In this document: positions 39,545 to 52,200 of the stretch, piece by piece | Numbering within the stretch: the first letter of the stretch is position 1 | How the letters are laid out: the number at the start of each line of letters is the position of its first letter | DNA from: Glaucostegus cemiculus | Lineage: Eukaryota | Reading direction: 5' to 3' | NCBI GenBank assembly: GCA_976551045.1 | Contig: CDPCPM010000137.1 | Coordinates: 248,001-312,000, forward strand | DNA: 64,000 bases | Notes under the pieces: model-generated | Told to the model about the DNA's origin: nothing | The model's database searches: none | The model's input: the letters and a program-made list of their open reading frames with translations, nothing else | Position numbers and translations under genes: made by a program

Positions 39545-40625
39545 ATACCGGCACTAGGGTTTGAAAACCAGTGCATTACTTTGTGCCTGGGCTAACAATA
39601 TGGAGACATGTGTTCAGACCTCATGGTGGTAGCTGGAAAATTTAATTTCAGTTGACTATATAATGAAGATTTTAGAAGGAGAAATTAGGCTCAGTAGTGG
39701 TAACTACAAGACCACCAGACTGGAGACAGAACTATCTGTTTTGCTAATGTTGTTCAAGAAAGGAAATCTGCTGCCTTGATTGGGCCTGGCTGATTCTAAA
39801 CTGCGCTCGGAAATGGCCAAGTAAGCCGATCAATTGAATCAGTCTCTTACTTCAGACCTGGCAACAACATTGACACCACACTCAGCAAAGACACACCCAG
39901 TCCAGTGCACCTTGCATAGTTCTCACAGAAATCTGACAAGTTCTGTCTAAATAGGGAGAATTGTTCCACAGAGGAGTCAGCCAAGAGCCTGATAGTCCCA
40001 GAATCTCACATCACAATTCCTGGATATGTCACGTTTCACTGGGGCAGGCACATCAGAGGCTACAGCACAATAGTATACAGACAGCAAGGATTAGACCTAT
40101 GCTGTACAAGGTAACTCAGCTCCCGACACTCCAGAACTTTTCCACATTCTTAAAATACATCAGAAAAGTGATAGAATACTTTCCACTTGCAGTGCCAACT
40201 ACAATCAAGGAGCTCTACACCATCCAGGACAAGGTAGCCTGTTGGAGTAACACCCATTCAATACCCTAAACATTAACTCCCTCCACCACCCACGCTCACT
40301 AACTGCAGTCATAGTCAAAATCAATTGCAGCAACTTACTTGCCAAGACTTTTTCAAAAGAACATCTGAAACTTGCAAACTTTACCACCAAGGAGAACAAG
40401 TGCAGAAAGAGCTTAGGAATGCTGCCATTTACAAGTTCACCTTGCATTATCCTACACAGCCATTGTTTCAGTGTCATTGGGTCTAAATGCAAGAACTCTT
40501 GCCTATAGTACCCTGGAAGTACCTTCGCCACAAGAATTTTAGTGGCTCAAGAAGGTGCAAAGAACAATTCTGAAATGGCCAAGAAATGCTGGTCATGCCA
40601 GTAAGGCTTACATCTTGTAAATAAA
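39545..40625 (+). mobile_element. non-autonomous SINE-head / LINE-body element, degenerate
   Basis: The 5' part resembles 13287-13570. The middle has an endonuclease-start-like GELFHRGVSQEPD; the 3' part has VIEYFPLA..TTIKELYTIQDK and the old LINE tail. Confidence 0.5.
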
Positions 40626-41279
40626 TAAAGAAGTAGTAATTTACTGACAGATTTATGCCAAATGTTGGCTAACTTTTGGATTGTGTTGCAAACACCAAAA
40701 CTACATACCATGAACAAATCTGCCTGGGTTTTCTGGATAATACGTTGTATAATGATAGATTACTCACAGTCAGAATAAGCTGCGATCTTGAATAAGCTTG
40801 AAGTTTGTAGCCTTTGAGAACAGGGCATAACCAGTCAATTCTCCATTTTGTTAGTCAATGCTCATGTTGTGGCAGTACCCTTGTCAGCTTGGCTTGACAC
40901 ATATCTATCCCTGGAGCACAAAACATCAGCTCTGCAGCCTCCATGTCCAGTGCACTCAAGCTTTCCTTCATACCATGTGGAATGAATGAAATCAATTGAA
41001 TACTGGCTTCTAAGATGCTGTGACCTCAGACTAAGGCTAAGATGGATCAGCCATCTCACCAGATGATGCATCAACAGTACGTTGTACAAGGGATAGGAAA
41101 TACAATATTTCTCAGACCACTGGGTTTGCTTAATTCAAGCATGAAAATGATAGCAGAGATTATATTTGAGCTCTGGTACTGAATCAAAGTGTGATTTAAA
41201 TATCTGAGAGAAAGTTAAAGTAGTGCATGTGTGGCTCACTTAGTGAAGGGCTCTTGTTTTCTAAACTTTGTGAGAGCTA

Positions 41280-41960
41280 ACCTACAACAACAGCAACCTT
41301 GAACTCAGTGTCAGCAAGACCAGGGAATTGATTGTGGACTTCAGGAAGGGCAAGTAGGGAGAACACACACCAGTCCTCATTGAGGGATCAGCGGTGGAAA
41401 GGGTGAGCAGCTACAAATTCCTGGGTGTCAACATCTCAGAGGATCTGTCCTGGGCCCAGCACATTGATGCAATCATGAAGAAGGCATGCCAGTGGCCATA
41501 CTTTGTTGGGAGTTTGAGGAGATGTGGTATGTCACCAAAGACACTTGCAAAATTCTTTTGATTTACGGTGGAGAGCATTCTGACTGGTTGCATCAGGGCC
41601 TGGTATGGAGGCTCCAATGCACAGGATTGCAAGAGGCTGCAGAAGGTTGTAGACTCAACCAGCTCCATCGCAGGCACAACTCTCCCCACCATCGAGGACA
41701 TCTTCAAGAATCAGTGCCTCAAGAAGGTAGCATCCAACACAAAGGACACTCACCATCTGAGGTATGCCCCCTTCTCGTTACCACCATTGGGGAGGAGGTA
41801 CAGGAGCCTGAAGACCCATACTCAACGATTCAGAAATAGCTTTTTTCCCTGCACCATATGAATTCTGAACAATCCATGAACCCATAAACACTACCTCATT
41901 ATTCCTTTTTTATCCCTGCAATATTTCTTTATTTATTCTGTAAATTATAGTACCTTATTT
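41280..41960 (+). mobile_element. Rex1/Babar-type LINE 3' fragment
   Basis: ESILTGCIRAWYGGSNAQDCKRLQKVVD...GRRYRSLKTHTQRFRNSFFP. Confidence 0.82.
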
Positions 41961-41977
41961 TAATGCTCTCCATATCC

Positions 41978-42200
41978 CTGAGAAAACAGGTTAAAACTCA
42001 GGTCAGCACCATGTCTCTAAAAGAGCAGCTTAGTATTCAGCACTGCATCTGCAGGAGAGTGGCCTAATACTCATCATCCTGTGATGGTATGTTAATATTC
42101 AGCACCCTGTCTCTAAAGGTGTGGGTTATTACCCACAGTGAGAGAGCACTTTAATACTCAGCACCATACCTTTGAGAGAGCAAATTAATACACAGTAATG
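41978..42200. repeat. degenerate ~34-bp minisatellite (taatactcagcacc.tgtctct..gagag..)
   Basis: The motif ta.ta.tcagcac recurs about 6 times with similar intervening sequence. Confidence 0.6.
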
Positions 42201-44829
42201 TGACTCATCCATTATTCTAATTCCCTGCTCCAGTTCCATTCTGTCCTCCGTCCATAGTTTTATACCTTTTTCCAAAAAATCTCAAGCTCCTTAGCTGTAG
42301 AATAGGCATTTTACTCCCTTACAGGCCCAACTTTGAGGTCAGCAATTCAGATTATAACCAACGTTCACATTCCCCTTCCCCTCCATCCCCCCGAAGGAAA
42401 TGAACTGAAATCCTGTGAGGAAGTCAGAACGGATTTGAAACTTCAAACTAATCTCCAATGACCTGACCCTTTATAGTGCATATGTTGTTTGATGCTGCTC
42501 AAGCAATGCCCCATTACAACTTGCCAGTTATAGTATGATGGAAAATTACTCGGGTATTACATTGAGCTGATCTGTAGGGTGGGGCAAACTGGAGGAATGT
42601 CTTGAATAGACCAGAGAGTATTTTTGTGGGCATTCCTACTACTTACAAGGCTTTTCAGTGAGTGAGGCATCTCAGAGAACTATTGGTTTTGCCAGTCAAA
42701 ATATTATGCATAGTTGAACCTGAAAATTGTATTGGGCATTCTATGACTAGTTAAGGTAACCAGTTTGCATGTTTATGTAATCTCAACTGTTTACATAAGG
42801 CAGATTTCTTCTCCACTTATAGGTCCACATCAGGTGGGCCTGTAGCATTATTAGGGTACTGATCTGATTTTCAGCTTTTTTGGTTAGAAATCAGAGGAAG
42901 ATAATCCAAAATAACCCCCATTATGTTGGAACTTCCTGGAAGAATGTTTACATTGTGTGGAAATTGAAGCAAAAATTGAAGTGCAGTGTTTCCACGTCCA
43001 TAACATTGGAAAATTATATCTTCCACCTTTTATCATGTCATTATAATAACATAATTTCAGCTCACATTACTATTAAAGTGCTCCACTGTCACGTCTTAGT
43101 TGTAGAATATCCTTTTATCTAGCACCAGTTGGTAGAACATTGATGATCCATAGGCTGTGAAGATGACACATTCTGCATTATAGTTAATGGTTATCATAAC
43201 CACCTGCTGACAGAGCCAGAATACATTATACATTCAGAGCTTATTTAGTTTCTGTTGCAGGTGAGAGTTGCAAAGGTACACCAAAAAGTAACAAACTTTT
43301 TACAAATTAAAGAGGTCTCTGTGAAATATTGTTAAATCAGATTATTATTAATTTGGCTAATATAAACCTTCTTGTTCTAAACAACACAGAATAAGATATG
43401 CAAAGATACTTCAGTTTCCTATTCTTTCTGGCTACTTCAGATTTTTTTTAAAGAAATGGATAATGCGGGCATGACATGGGAAGTATATCCACTTTATTTA
43501 AATACAATCCTTTTGTAACATATACGGTTAATACCAAAATGTTCCACATTGCAACATTGACTACTTTTCAAACCACTTCATAAGCTGTAAAGTGCTTGAA
43601 AGACTATGGGTTGTATGGTCCTGGATCAGCCCGCTGCTTGGACTTACCACCTGCCCACTCCTTTTCCAGGTTAGGGGGCTGCTTATCCAGCTGGGGTATC
43701 CCGAGGTGGGGCAGGCTCTGTGTGAGAAACATGTCTCAGGCATCACATCCTGATACCCAGCTCCCAAAATGCCCTGAACAGGATTTTGACAGTGTGCTGG
43801 CTGTAAATACCTCTGATAAAGACATTTTACAACTGTTCAAAATGATTTGAATAAAGTGTAAATATTTAAAAGATGTAACTAAAACACATTGAACATTAAC
43901 AAATAATTAAAAACACAAAAGTAAAGCAACTTTTCCCATTAGGTCAGCGACCCCGTTCAAATGAATGAAAATGCCAATCATCTGCCAGAGCTTAACACAT
44001 AAAGATGAGGGGTGGGAGGGCGAGTCCAGTGGACTCAACAAAGCAGTCAGGCACACCGGCATGTGCCCTCTGAAGGCCTCAGCAACACAGTGTTCAGCAA
44101 CACAAGCATGGGAGTCTGAAAGTTCCTGAGGCGTGAATGGTTGCTGTCTCTGATTCCCTAAGTAACTGTTAGCTTTGAGTCAGCAACATTCAGCTGATTC
44201 TAACCACGCAAGCTGTTTTGGTCTCTTTTTATCTAAAACAAGTTCAGAAAAATTAAACTTCTTACCTTTGGACAGTTCAGTCTTTGTTGCTTCTTCCAAG
44301 CTGTTTCTTGCAATGAACATTCCAGACAGAACTAAAAAGCCAAATTCTATGCCTGATTTTTGACCCACACTGAGTCAGACAGGGCTGCTTGCATGCTTCA
44401 ATTGAGGCTTTTTGATATCTGCATACATTATTTAAATTAATGAACATTCAAGCCTGATAAAACATTGCGCTATATACTGCATTTCACTTAGTGTGACACC
44501 GCATCGCTAATTATATGCGGAGTCACACCTAGTAAAATCCAGTATAATCATACCTTTTAGAAGCATTTACACCAACAATCTAGCTAATATTTAATGAACA
44601 GCATTACACAGATTATTTAACATCAGCGTGGGCCCAGGTGTCGCCTGTGGAACGCTAAGCAAACAGATTGTGCCAAGCATCTGACAGCTACGGATATAGG
44701 AAAATTATGTATGTACTTGATGTTTTATTGGAAAATTAAATTGATTATAAATGACCAATAGTGCAAGCTTACTTGCAGCCTCCATTGCCTGAAGATGAGA
44801 GGCGTTAACACAACGGTATTAAACAATAC

Positions 44830-45290
44830 TCTTCACTTGCTTGGATGAGTGCAACTTCATCAACAGTCAAGAAGCTGGACACCATGCAGGATACAGCAGC
44901 CCCTGTGATAGCCACCCTACACACAAGCATTCACTCACTCATTCTACCACCAATGCACGGTTTGTACCATCTGCAGGATGCACTGCAGCAACTCACCAAG
45001 GCTCCTTACACAGTACCTTTTACCAGCTAGAAAGACAAGGGCAGCAAAAGCATGGGAACACCACCATCTAGAAGTTGCTCCCCACGCCACACACCGTCCT
45101 GACATGGAAATATATCACTGTTCCCTCACCGTCGGTGGATGAAAATCCTGGAACTCCCTCCCTAAGAGCACTGTGGGTGTACCCATGTACCCACTCCTCA
45201 GGGACTGCAGCAGTTCACCGCCACCTTCTCAAGTGCAGCTAGGGATGGACAATTAAATGCCAGCTCAGCCTGCAAAACCCACATACAAAA
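44830..45290 (+). mobile_element. old CR1-group LINE 3' fragment
   Basis: WMSATSSTVKKLDTMQDTA peptide and tail agggatggacaattaaatgccagc. Confidence 0.7.
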
Positions 45291-45439
45291 AACTATTATT
45301 AATTAATGTATGAAGCTTCCCAATGTATGTTCACAGCTACAGAAGCCTAAAATGAAGAAATGCAATCGCTTAATGTCACCTTCTAAATGTTTACACAAAA
45401 AGGTGAAGCATGCTTTAGGCATTAAAGATTCCTTTCTGT

Positions 45440-47148
45440 TTTTATTAATTCCTTTTTAGTTGAATCCGGAATTTTGGATGTTTGGAGGTTTCTACATCCA
45501 TGTGATAAAGAATTTTCATTCTTTTCTCATGTCTACCATAACTACTCGAGGATTGATTATTTTTTTATCGACGCTAGTTTAATTCCATTCATTATGGATT
45601 GTAAATTTGATGCAATTACTATATCTGATCATGCACCATTGATTTTATCAACTAAATTACCAGCTGTATCCTCTGATGTTAGACAATGGCGATTCAACCC
45701 CTCTTTATTACAAGACTCAGATTTTCTTCATTTTATTAAAGAACAAATTTCATTTTTCTTTTTAAGTAATTTTACTGAAGAATTATCTAGTGGGACAATA
45801 TGGGATACCTTTAAAGCATATATCCGTGGTCAAATTATTTCATATTCCGCTGGATTGAAAAAACGAACGAGTAATGAAATACGTACACTGACTGACGAGA
45901 TTAAAGAAATTGATAAAAAATATTCCGATACCCCGAACTTTGAGCTTTTTAAAAAGAGAGCAGAGCTTCAATTACAAAATAATGTATTATTAACATCTTC
46001 AGTTGAAAATCTACTGCTTAAAAATAAAAGTCAATTTTATATACATGCCGATAAGTCTGGTAAATTATTGGCCAACCAATTGAAAGCCACATTATCTAAA
46101 CGTCAAATTAATAAAATTCGTAAACCAGACGGTACCTATACGATAGATCCTGTTCAAATTAATAAATCTTTTTCAGGAATCTTATTCTTCTCTATATCAA
46201 TCAGAATCGTCTGATGATCCCACACTAAGTATGAATTTTTAAGAGGTTTGAAGATTCCTCAACTTTCTTTAAATGAATGTTCTATATTAGATGCTCCCAT
46301 TTTAGAAGAAGAAATAAGGAATGTGATATTTTCAATGAAATTGGGTAAAGCACCAGGTCTTGATGGATATACAGTTGAATTTTTAAAATCTTTTTCTGAT
46401 ATTCTTGTTCCCTGGTTAGTCAAAATTTTTAAAGATGCTTTATCAGTGGGCAAGTTACCACAATCTTTTTATGAAGCAACTATTTCTTTAATTCTTAAAA
46501 AGGATAAAGATCCCACTGATTGTGCATCGTACAGGCCTATCTCTTTATTAAATGTAGATTTTAAAATATTTTCCAAACTATTGGCCCTTAGGCTTGAAAA
46601 AGTTCTCCCACAAATCATTTCTGAAGATCAGACAGGATTTATCCAGAATCGTTATTTACATTTTAATATTAGGAGATTAATGAATATTATATATACTCCT
46701 TCATTTCAAATTCCAGAATGTGTTGTTTCCCTGGATGCTGAAAAAGCACTTGACAGAGTTGAATGGGATTATCTATTCACTACACTTCAAAAATTTAATT
46801 TCAGCCCTAAATTTATATCTGCGATTAAAATGATTTATTATACACCAATGGCTTCAGTACTCACTAATAATCAAAGATCTCCTTTTTTTAGGCTCTCTCG
46901 TGGTACTAGGCAAGGTTGTCCGTTAAGCCCCTTATTATTCAATATTGCTTTAGAACCTTTGGCTATTGCAATCCGAGACTCTTTAAATATATGTGGTATT
47001 ATTTGTGGACAGAAGACTCATAAGATATCTCTTTACGCAGATGACTTATTACTTTAAATTTCTAATCCAGATGAATCGATCCCCGCAGTACTATTATTAT
47101 TAGATCAATTCAGTGGTTTTTCTGGTTATAGACTAAATCTTAATAAGA
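45440..47148 (+). mobile_element. L1-clade LINE internal ORF2 fragment (endonuclease C-terminus to RT YADD) with 15-bp TSD
   Basis: SRIDYFF, ISDHAP, WRFN, WDTFKAYIRG, GTRQGCPLSPLLF, YADD; flanked by aagattcctttctgt at 45425-39 and 47145-59. Confidence 0.92.
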
Positions 47149-47312
47149 TTCCTTTCTGTACCAGACAGAAAGGTAAACAGACAGGTAAAATGAGTATAAT
47201 GCTGCAAAAGAGGCTACTTCTTACATACTGTTTGGGCAGCACATTTAGTGTGCAAAAGGTTTCATTGCATCTCAAAATTGTACGGATCAAAGTTATTGTT
47301 CATTGAGTATCA

Positions 47313-49230
47313 TTGACACAGTATGTAGATAGTCCAACCAGGGAAGGAGCTATACTGGACCTTGTATTGGGAAATGAGCCTGGCCAGGTGCTCAGTGTTT
47401 CAGTGGGAGAGCATTTTGGGAATAGTGATCATAACATGGTAAGTTTTCAGATAGTAATGGATAGGATAAGATTGGACCTCAGGGGGAAGCCCTAAACTGG
47501 GGAAAAGCTAATTCCAACAGTATTAGACAGGAGCTGGGCAGAGTAGATTGGGAGCAGCTGTTATTGGGTAAGTCCACATTTGAAATATGTAGTTTGTTCA
47601 AAGGCTGGCTGGTTAGAATTCAGGATCAACATGTTCCTTTGAGGAAGAAAGACCAGGATGTCTAGGTTTGGGAACCTTGAATTATGAGAAATGTTGCAAA
47701 TTTAGTCATAAGGTAAAAGGAAGCATATGTAAGGTTTAGGAAGCTGAGATCAGACAGACCCTTTGGAGGAGAGAACTTAAACAGGGAATCAGGAGGGCTA
47801 AAAGAGGCCTTGAAATGTCTTTGGCAAGTTGGATTACTCACAATCCCAAGGCATATTATATGGACATTAAAAATAAGAGGGTAACTAAGGAAAGGACTAC
47901 TCAAGAACAAAGGAAGGATTTTATGCCTGGAGCCAGAGAAAGTAGGCAAGGTACTGATCAAGTACTTTGCAAGTATTCACCAAGGAGAAGGACATGAAGG
48001 ATAGCAAGATCAGGGAGGGGTAGGCTGACATGCTAGAGCATGTTGACATCAAGGAGGAGGAGGTGCTGAGGCTCATGAAGAACATTAAGGTGGATGTCCC
48101 AAGACCTGATGGGATCCATCCCAGGTTATTGAGAGAGGCAAAAGAGGAGATTGCTGGGGCCTTAACAGACATCTTTGTATCCTATTTAGTCACAGGCTGG
48201 AGGATAGCCAATGTTGTTCCTCTGTCTAAGAAGGACAATAGGGACAAACAGGAAATTATAGTCCAGCAAGCCTTACATCAGTGTTAGGGAAATTATTGAA
48301 GAATCTCAGGGATAAGATGTACTCACATCTGGTAAAAGTAGACATGAGGGAAAGTGAGCATTGTTTTGTGCAGGGAAAGTCATGTCTTACAAATGATTGA
48401 ATTTTTTGAGGAGGTGATGAAGATGATTGAATGAAGGCAGGGCAGTGGATGGACTTTGTGGATGGACACATGGACTTTAGTAAAGCATTCAGGAAGGTCC
48501 CTCATGGTAGGCTGATCCAGAAGATTAAGGCACATGGAATCCATGGAGACTTGATAGAGTGGATTCAAAATTTGCTTGGCAAAACAAGTAGAGAAGGTGG
48601 TAAAGAAGGTGTGCAGCATACTTGTCTTCGTCAGTCAGGGTGTTGAGTATAAAAGTCGCAAAATCATGTGACAAGCTGTATAACACTTTGGTCAGGCCAC
48701 ATTTGGAGCATTCTGTGCGGTTCTGGTCACTACATTACAGGAAGGATGTGGAGGCTTTGAAGAGGGTGCAGAAGAGGTCCCACCAGAATGTTACCTGGAT
48801 TAGAGAGTTAGGTATAAGGACTGTTTTCTCAGTGTCAGAGGCTGAGGTGTGACCTGACTGAAGTGTATAAAATTATGAGAGGCATAGATAAGGTAGATAT
48901 TCAGAGTTTTTTTGCCAGGGTGAAAACATCAAACACTAGAGGGCATATCTTTAAGGTGAGCGGGGAAAAGATTTAAGGAGAATTACAAGGCAATTTTTAT
49001 TTTACACAGAGTGTGGTAGGTGCCTGGAACACACTGCCAGGGGATGTGGTGGAAGCAGATACAATAGCAAAGTTTAAGAGGCATTTAGACAGGCACACGA
49101 GCAGGCAGGGGATGGAGGGATAGGGACCATGTGCAGGGGAATGCAATTAGTTTGGATTGGCATCGTGGTGGGCACAGACATCATGGGCCGAAGGGCCTGT
49201 TCCTGTGCTGTATTGTTCTACCGTCTATGT
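47313..49230 (+). mobile_element. degenerate CR1 ORF2 with internal deletions and 3' tail
   Basis: PTREGAILDLVL, SDHN, PDGIHPRLLRE, DFSKAFRKVPH and LVRPHLEH motifs; tail gggccgaagggcctgttcctgtgctgtattgttcta. Confidence 0.88.
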
Positions 49231-52200
49231 GTCATGGCAGGTGATACGGCTGACTTTGTTGTAAAATAATTACAGCAGAATTAGAGAAATTACCTATGCC
49301 CTGTGCATGGAGAAGGCACCTAATTTTGTGTAACTTTGTAACGATCATCCTTCATGTGAATTTCTGCATTTCATGTGTTTTTTTTTTATCAGTTCTACTT
49401 GTCGAATGTTACAAATTAATTGGATGACACTTTATGGCCATTAGGTCTGTTGCTTTGAAAATATACTTACCACTGTCTTCTCAACCTGATAGGTAAAACA
49501 AAAACATTTGAATAATGAAACTTAAAGATAACATATTTCTGTCTTATTATCCTATCTTTTAATAACTGTATGAACAATTTGAAGGATGATTACTAATAGC
49601 TTATAAATGATGGACACCTCAGTGAGGAAAACTTGCTTCAACTGATAAATAACTTAAAAACTAAGGGTGCACTGGATTAAAAAAAAGTACTTCCCATTAA
49701 CTGATGTTGTTTACCTACCTTGCATTTTGTGGTGCTGGCTACAGAAAGTAAGCCAATGTAATGTTCAGGAAGACCTAAGAACTAACAGCATTCCACGCAC
49801 ACTGCAGAGTAACCACTTACCCACTGCTCAGCTCTCTAACCTATATAATCAGCAAGGATAGATGGTGATGCACTGTTGGTTATCCCTGGAAGGAAAGAAA
49901 ACAAATATGTAGTAATCGCTTAAAATGGCCATTTCCCATGTCTCAGCCTGAAATGAGATGTTTATGCTTTTATTGGAACAAGGTTAGATGGACAGCGACA
50001 GCTTTCTTGGCAGTAGATGAAAGTGTTATGTGTTTGTTATTAAAGCACTGTGCAAATACAGAATAAGTGGTCTGTACCTTTTAAACAGGATTAGATGGCT
50101 ATGTTTCCCAGCTATATGCTTGCCGTGTATAGGGCAGACGATGCTGGAAGACTGCTGTTCCATCTCGCTTTCTCTAATTCCAATTGGCTGCATGATGCAG
50201 ATGAGGGAGGTACACAGGCTGATAACCGTTGCCATGCAGAAGTATTTTAAAAATAAATCATGGTGTCGAGAATGGTTGCAGTTTTATCTGTGGTTCCTGG
50301 CAGAAACAGAGTTTTCAGAGGTCAGCCACAATTATTTTCCATCTCAATTTCGATGATGGACATGAGATTCTGATCTTGAAATGCATGACGGATAGTTCCC
50401 AGCTGAACAGAAAAGTTTGGAAACTGTTGAAAGGAATAGGGAGTTAATGAAGGATAAAAAACTGCCAAAACTTACTCTCAACTCACCTGAAGACCCTTAC
50501 GAACTCTGGACCTTCCTCTAAATTCTACTGAAATCCAACGTTGCCAGAATCCACCTCTCAGTTTGTGGCTTTTGGTGACCACCCCTCCTCCATTCTCTGA
50601 GCTCAGGGCCCGCAACAAGTGGATTCACTCAGTGAGTTATGGCCACTTTATAGTGCAAAGTCAAGATCAGTTAGTTCAGTAAAATGGGCAGGAATTTGGG
50701 ACTATCACGGGTTGTGTGATGTGGGTAAACCAACTGATCCACTAGAAAAGTTTATTTGCAAGTATTCAAATATTATTAGTACTAATATTTCCATTAGCAG
50801 TGCAATGTAGAAACGATTCATCAAGTTTTCCTGTTGGTATATTTCTGGTCTAGATTTTTTTCCACCCATGCATCACATTTCCAGGAATTTGCTCTGACAT
50901 TCTCGCCCAACCTCAAAAAATGTTGACTTTCGTTTGTATGTTTAACATCAACAGGCTGATATTTTTGAAACTGTGTTTCAGCAAAGATGAGATTGCCCAA
51001 GAAAAAACATTCTGTAAACCAGTGTTGACCCTGTCATTCTGCCAGTGCAGTTTGATGCAGTGTTGAGTTACAGTGATATGTTCCTAGTGGCAGAATGTAC
51101 AGTAATTATAGCCACAGTAATTGACATCGGATGCCTCTGACTCACCATAGCAGGTAGGCAGATAAATCAGAATAATGGAAAACTGAATAAAATGTGTATC
51201 TGCTGCGGAAGACAAAGAATGATTGGCACTATTGTACAACTCAATAGCCAATGTTTTATTAAGAGCTGCCAGCTGGCTGCAGGGTGATTTAGCCTGTGCA
51301 TTGCAGTGCAGAAGTCACGAGTCCATCTGTCCTTCTGCTCCACTGCTTTTTATATGTTCTACTTAATCTAATTGTTCGAATTAGTTTCCATCACTTAAAT
51401 AGGTTTTAAGTGAATGTTAGTTTTAGAAACAATTTTTACAATATTTAAAGTCTTTTGAACTCTTATTAAATAACTCTTATCATTAGAGATGTTTAAAAGC
51501 AGTCCAAAGGCCTTTGACAATAACTAAAAAAATGTCAGCAGGGCTTTCTGGAGCAGAGCCTTGGGATCCACTGCCTGAGGCCTCAGCCCCACTTGCAGTC
51601 CACACCACTTCATGGGACAACACAACAGTGAGACCTGGAGGACATTTGGACTCACAGCCCACAGAAAATAAGTGTGCCTATGGGAATAGTGTAAGCAGTT
51701 AGTTGGAGCAGCAGGTGGGATTGGGAGTGATCTGGTTCATTGATTTTGCCGTTAACCAAGGCTCTGCCCCAACCTACATAATTTCTGTGGAGAAAATTAA
51801 AACATCTTTAAGCTGCTGGTACTGAACATACTCAACAGAATGTGGAAGTGGTTCAGCAACCTTGTATTTATTTTGTTCTTTCCCATATTATGGTCATCAC
51901 TGGTTAGGACAACATTGGTTGCACATCCCTAATTGCTTCAGACTGCAATGAATTGTTAGGGCACTTCAGAGGATATTTAGAGTCCAACACATTGCTCTGG
52001 GTCTGGTGGCATGTAGCCAAATCAGGAAAGGCTGTGGTAAATAAGAGGGTTAGTGTACATTTAAGGTCCAAGTTAATGCAATTTGACTTGATAAATTGTT
52101 GCACTAGCCACGGTTGTTGAGAGGTGGCTGTCTCTAATAATGACTGTCCTTTTGGTAGTTCTACCTCTGCTACTTGCCTTATTAAACAGCAGCACCACAG

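Noticed and set aside
41978-42200. CRISPR-like repeat-spacer appearance
   Set aside because: Vertebrate DNA, degenerate repeats, the spacers are mutually similar, and there are no cas genes.
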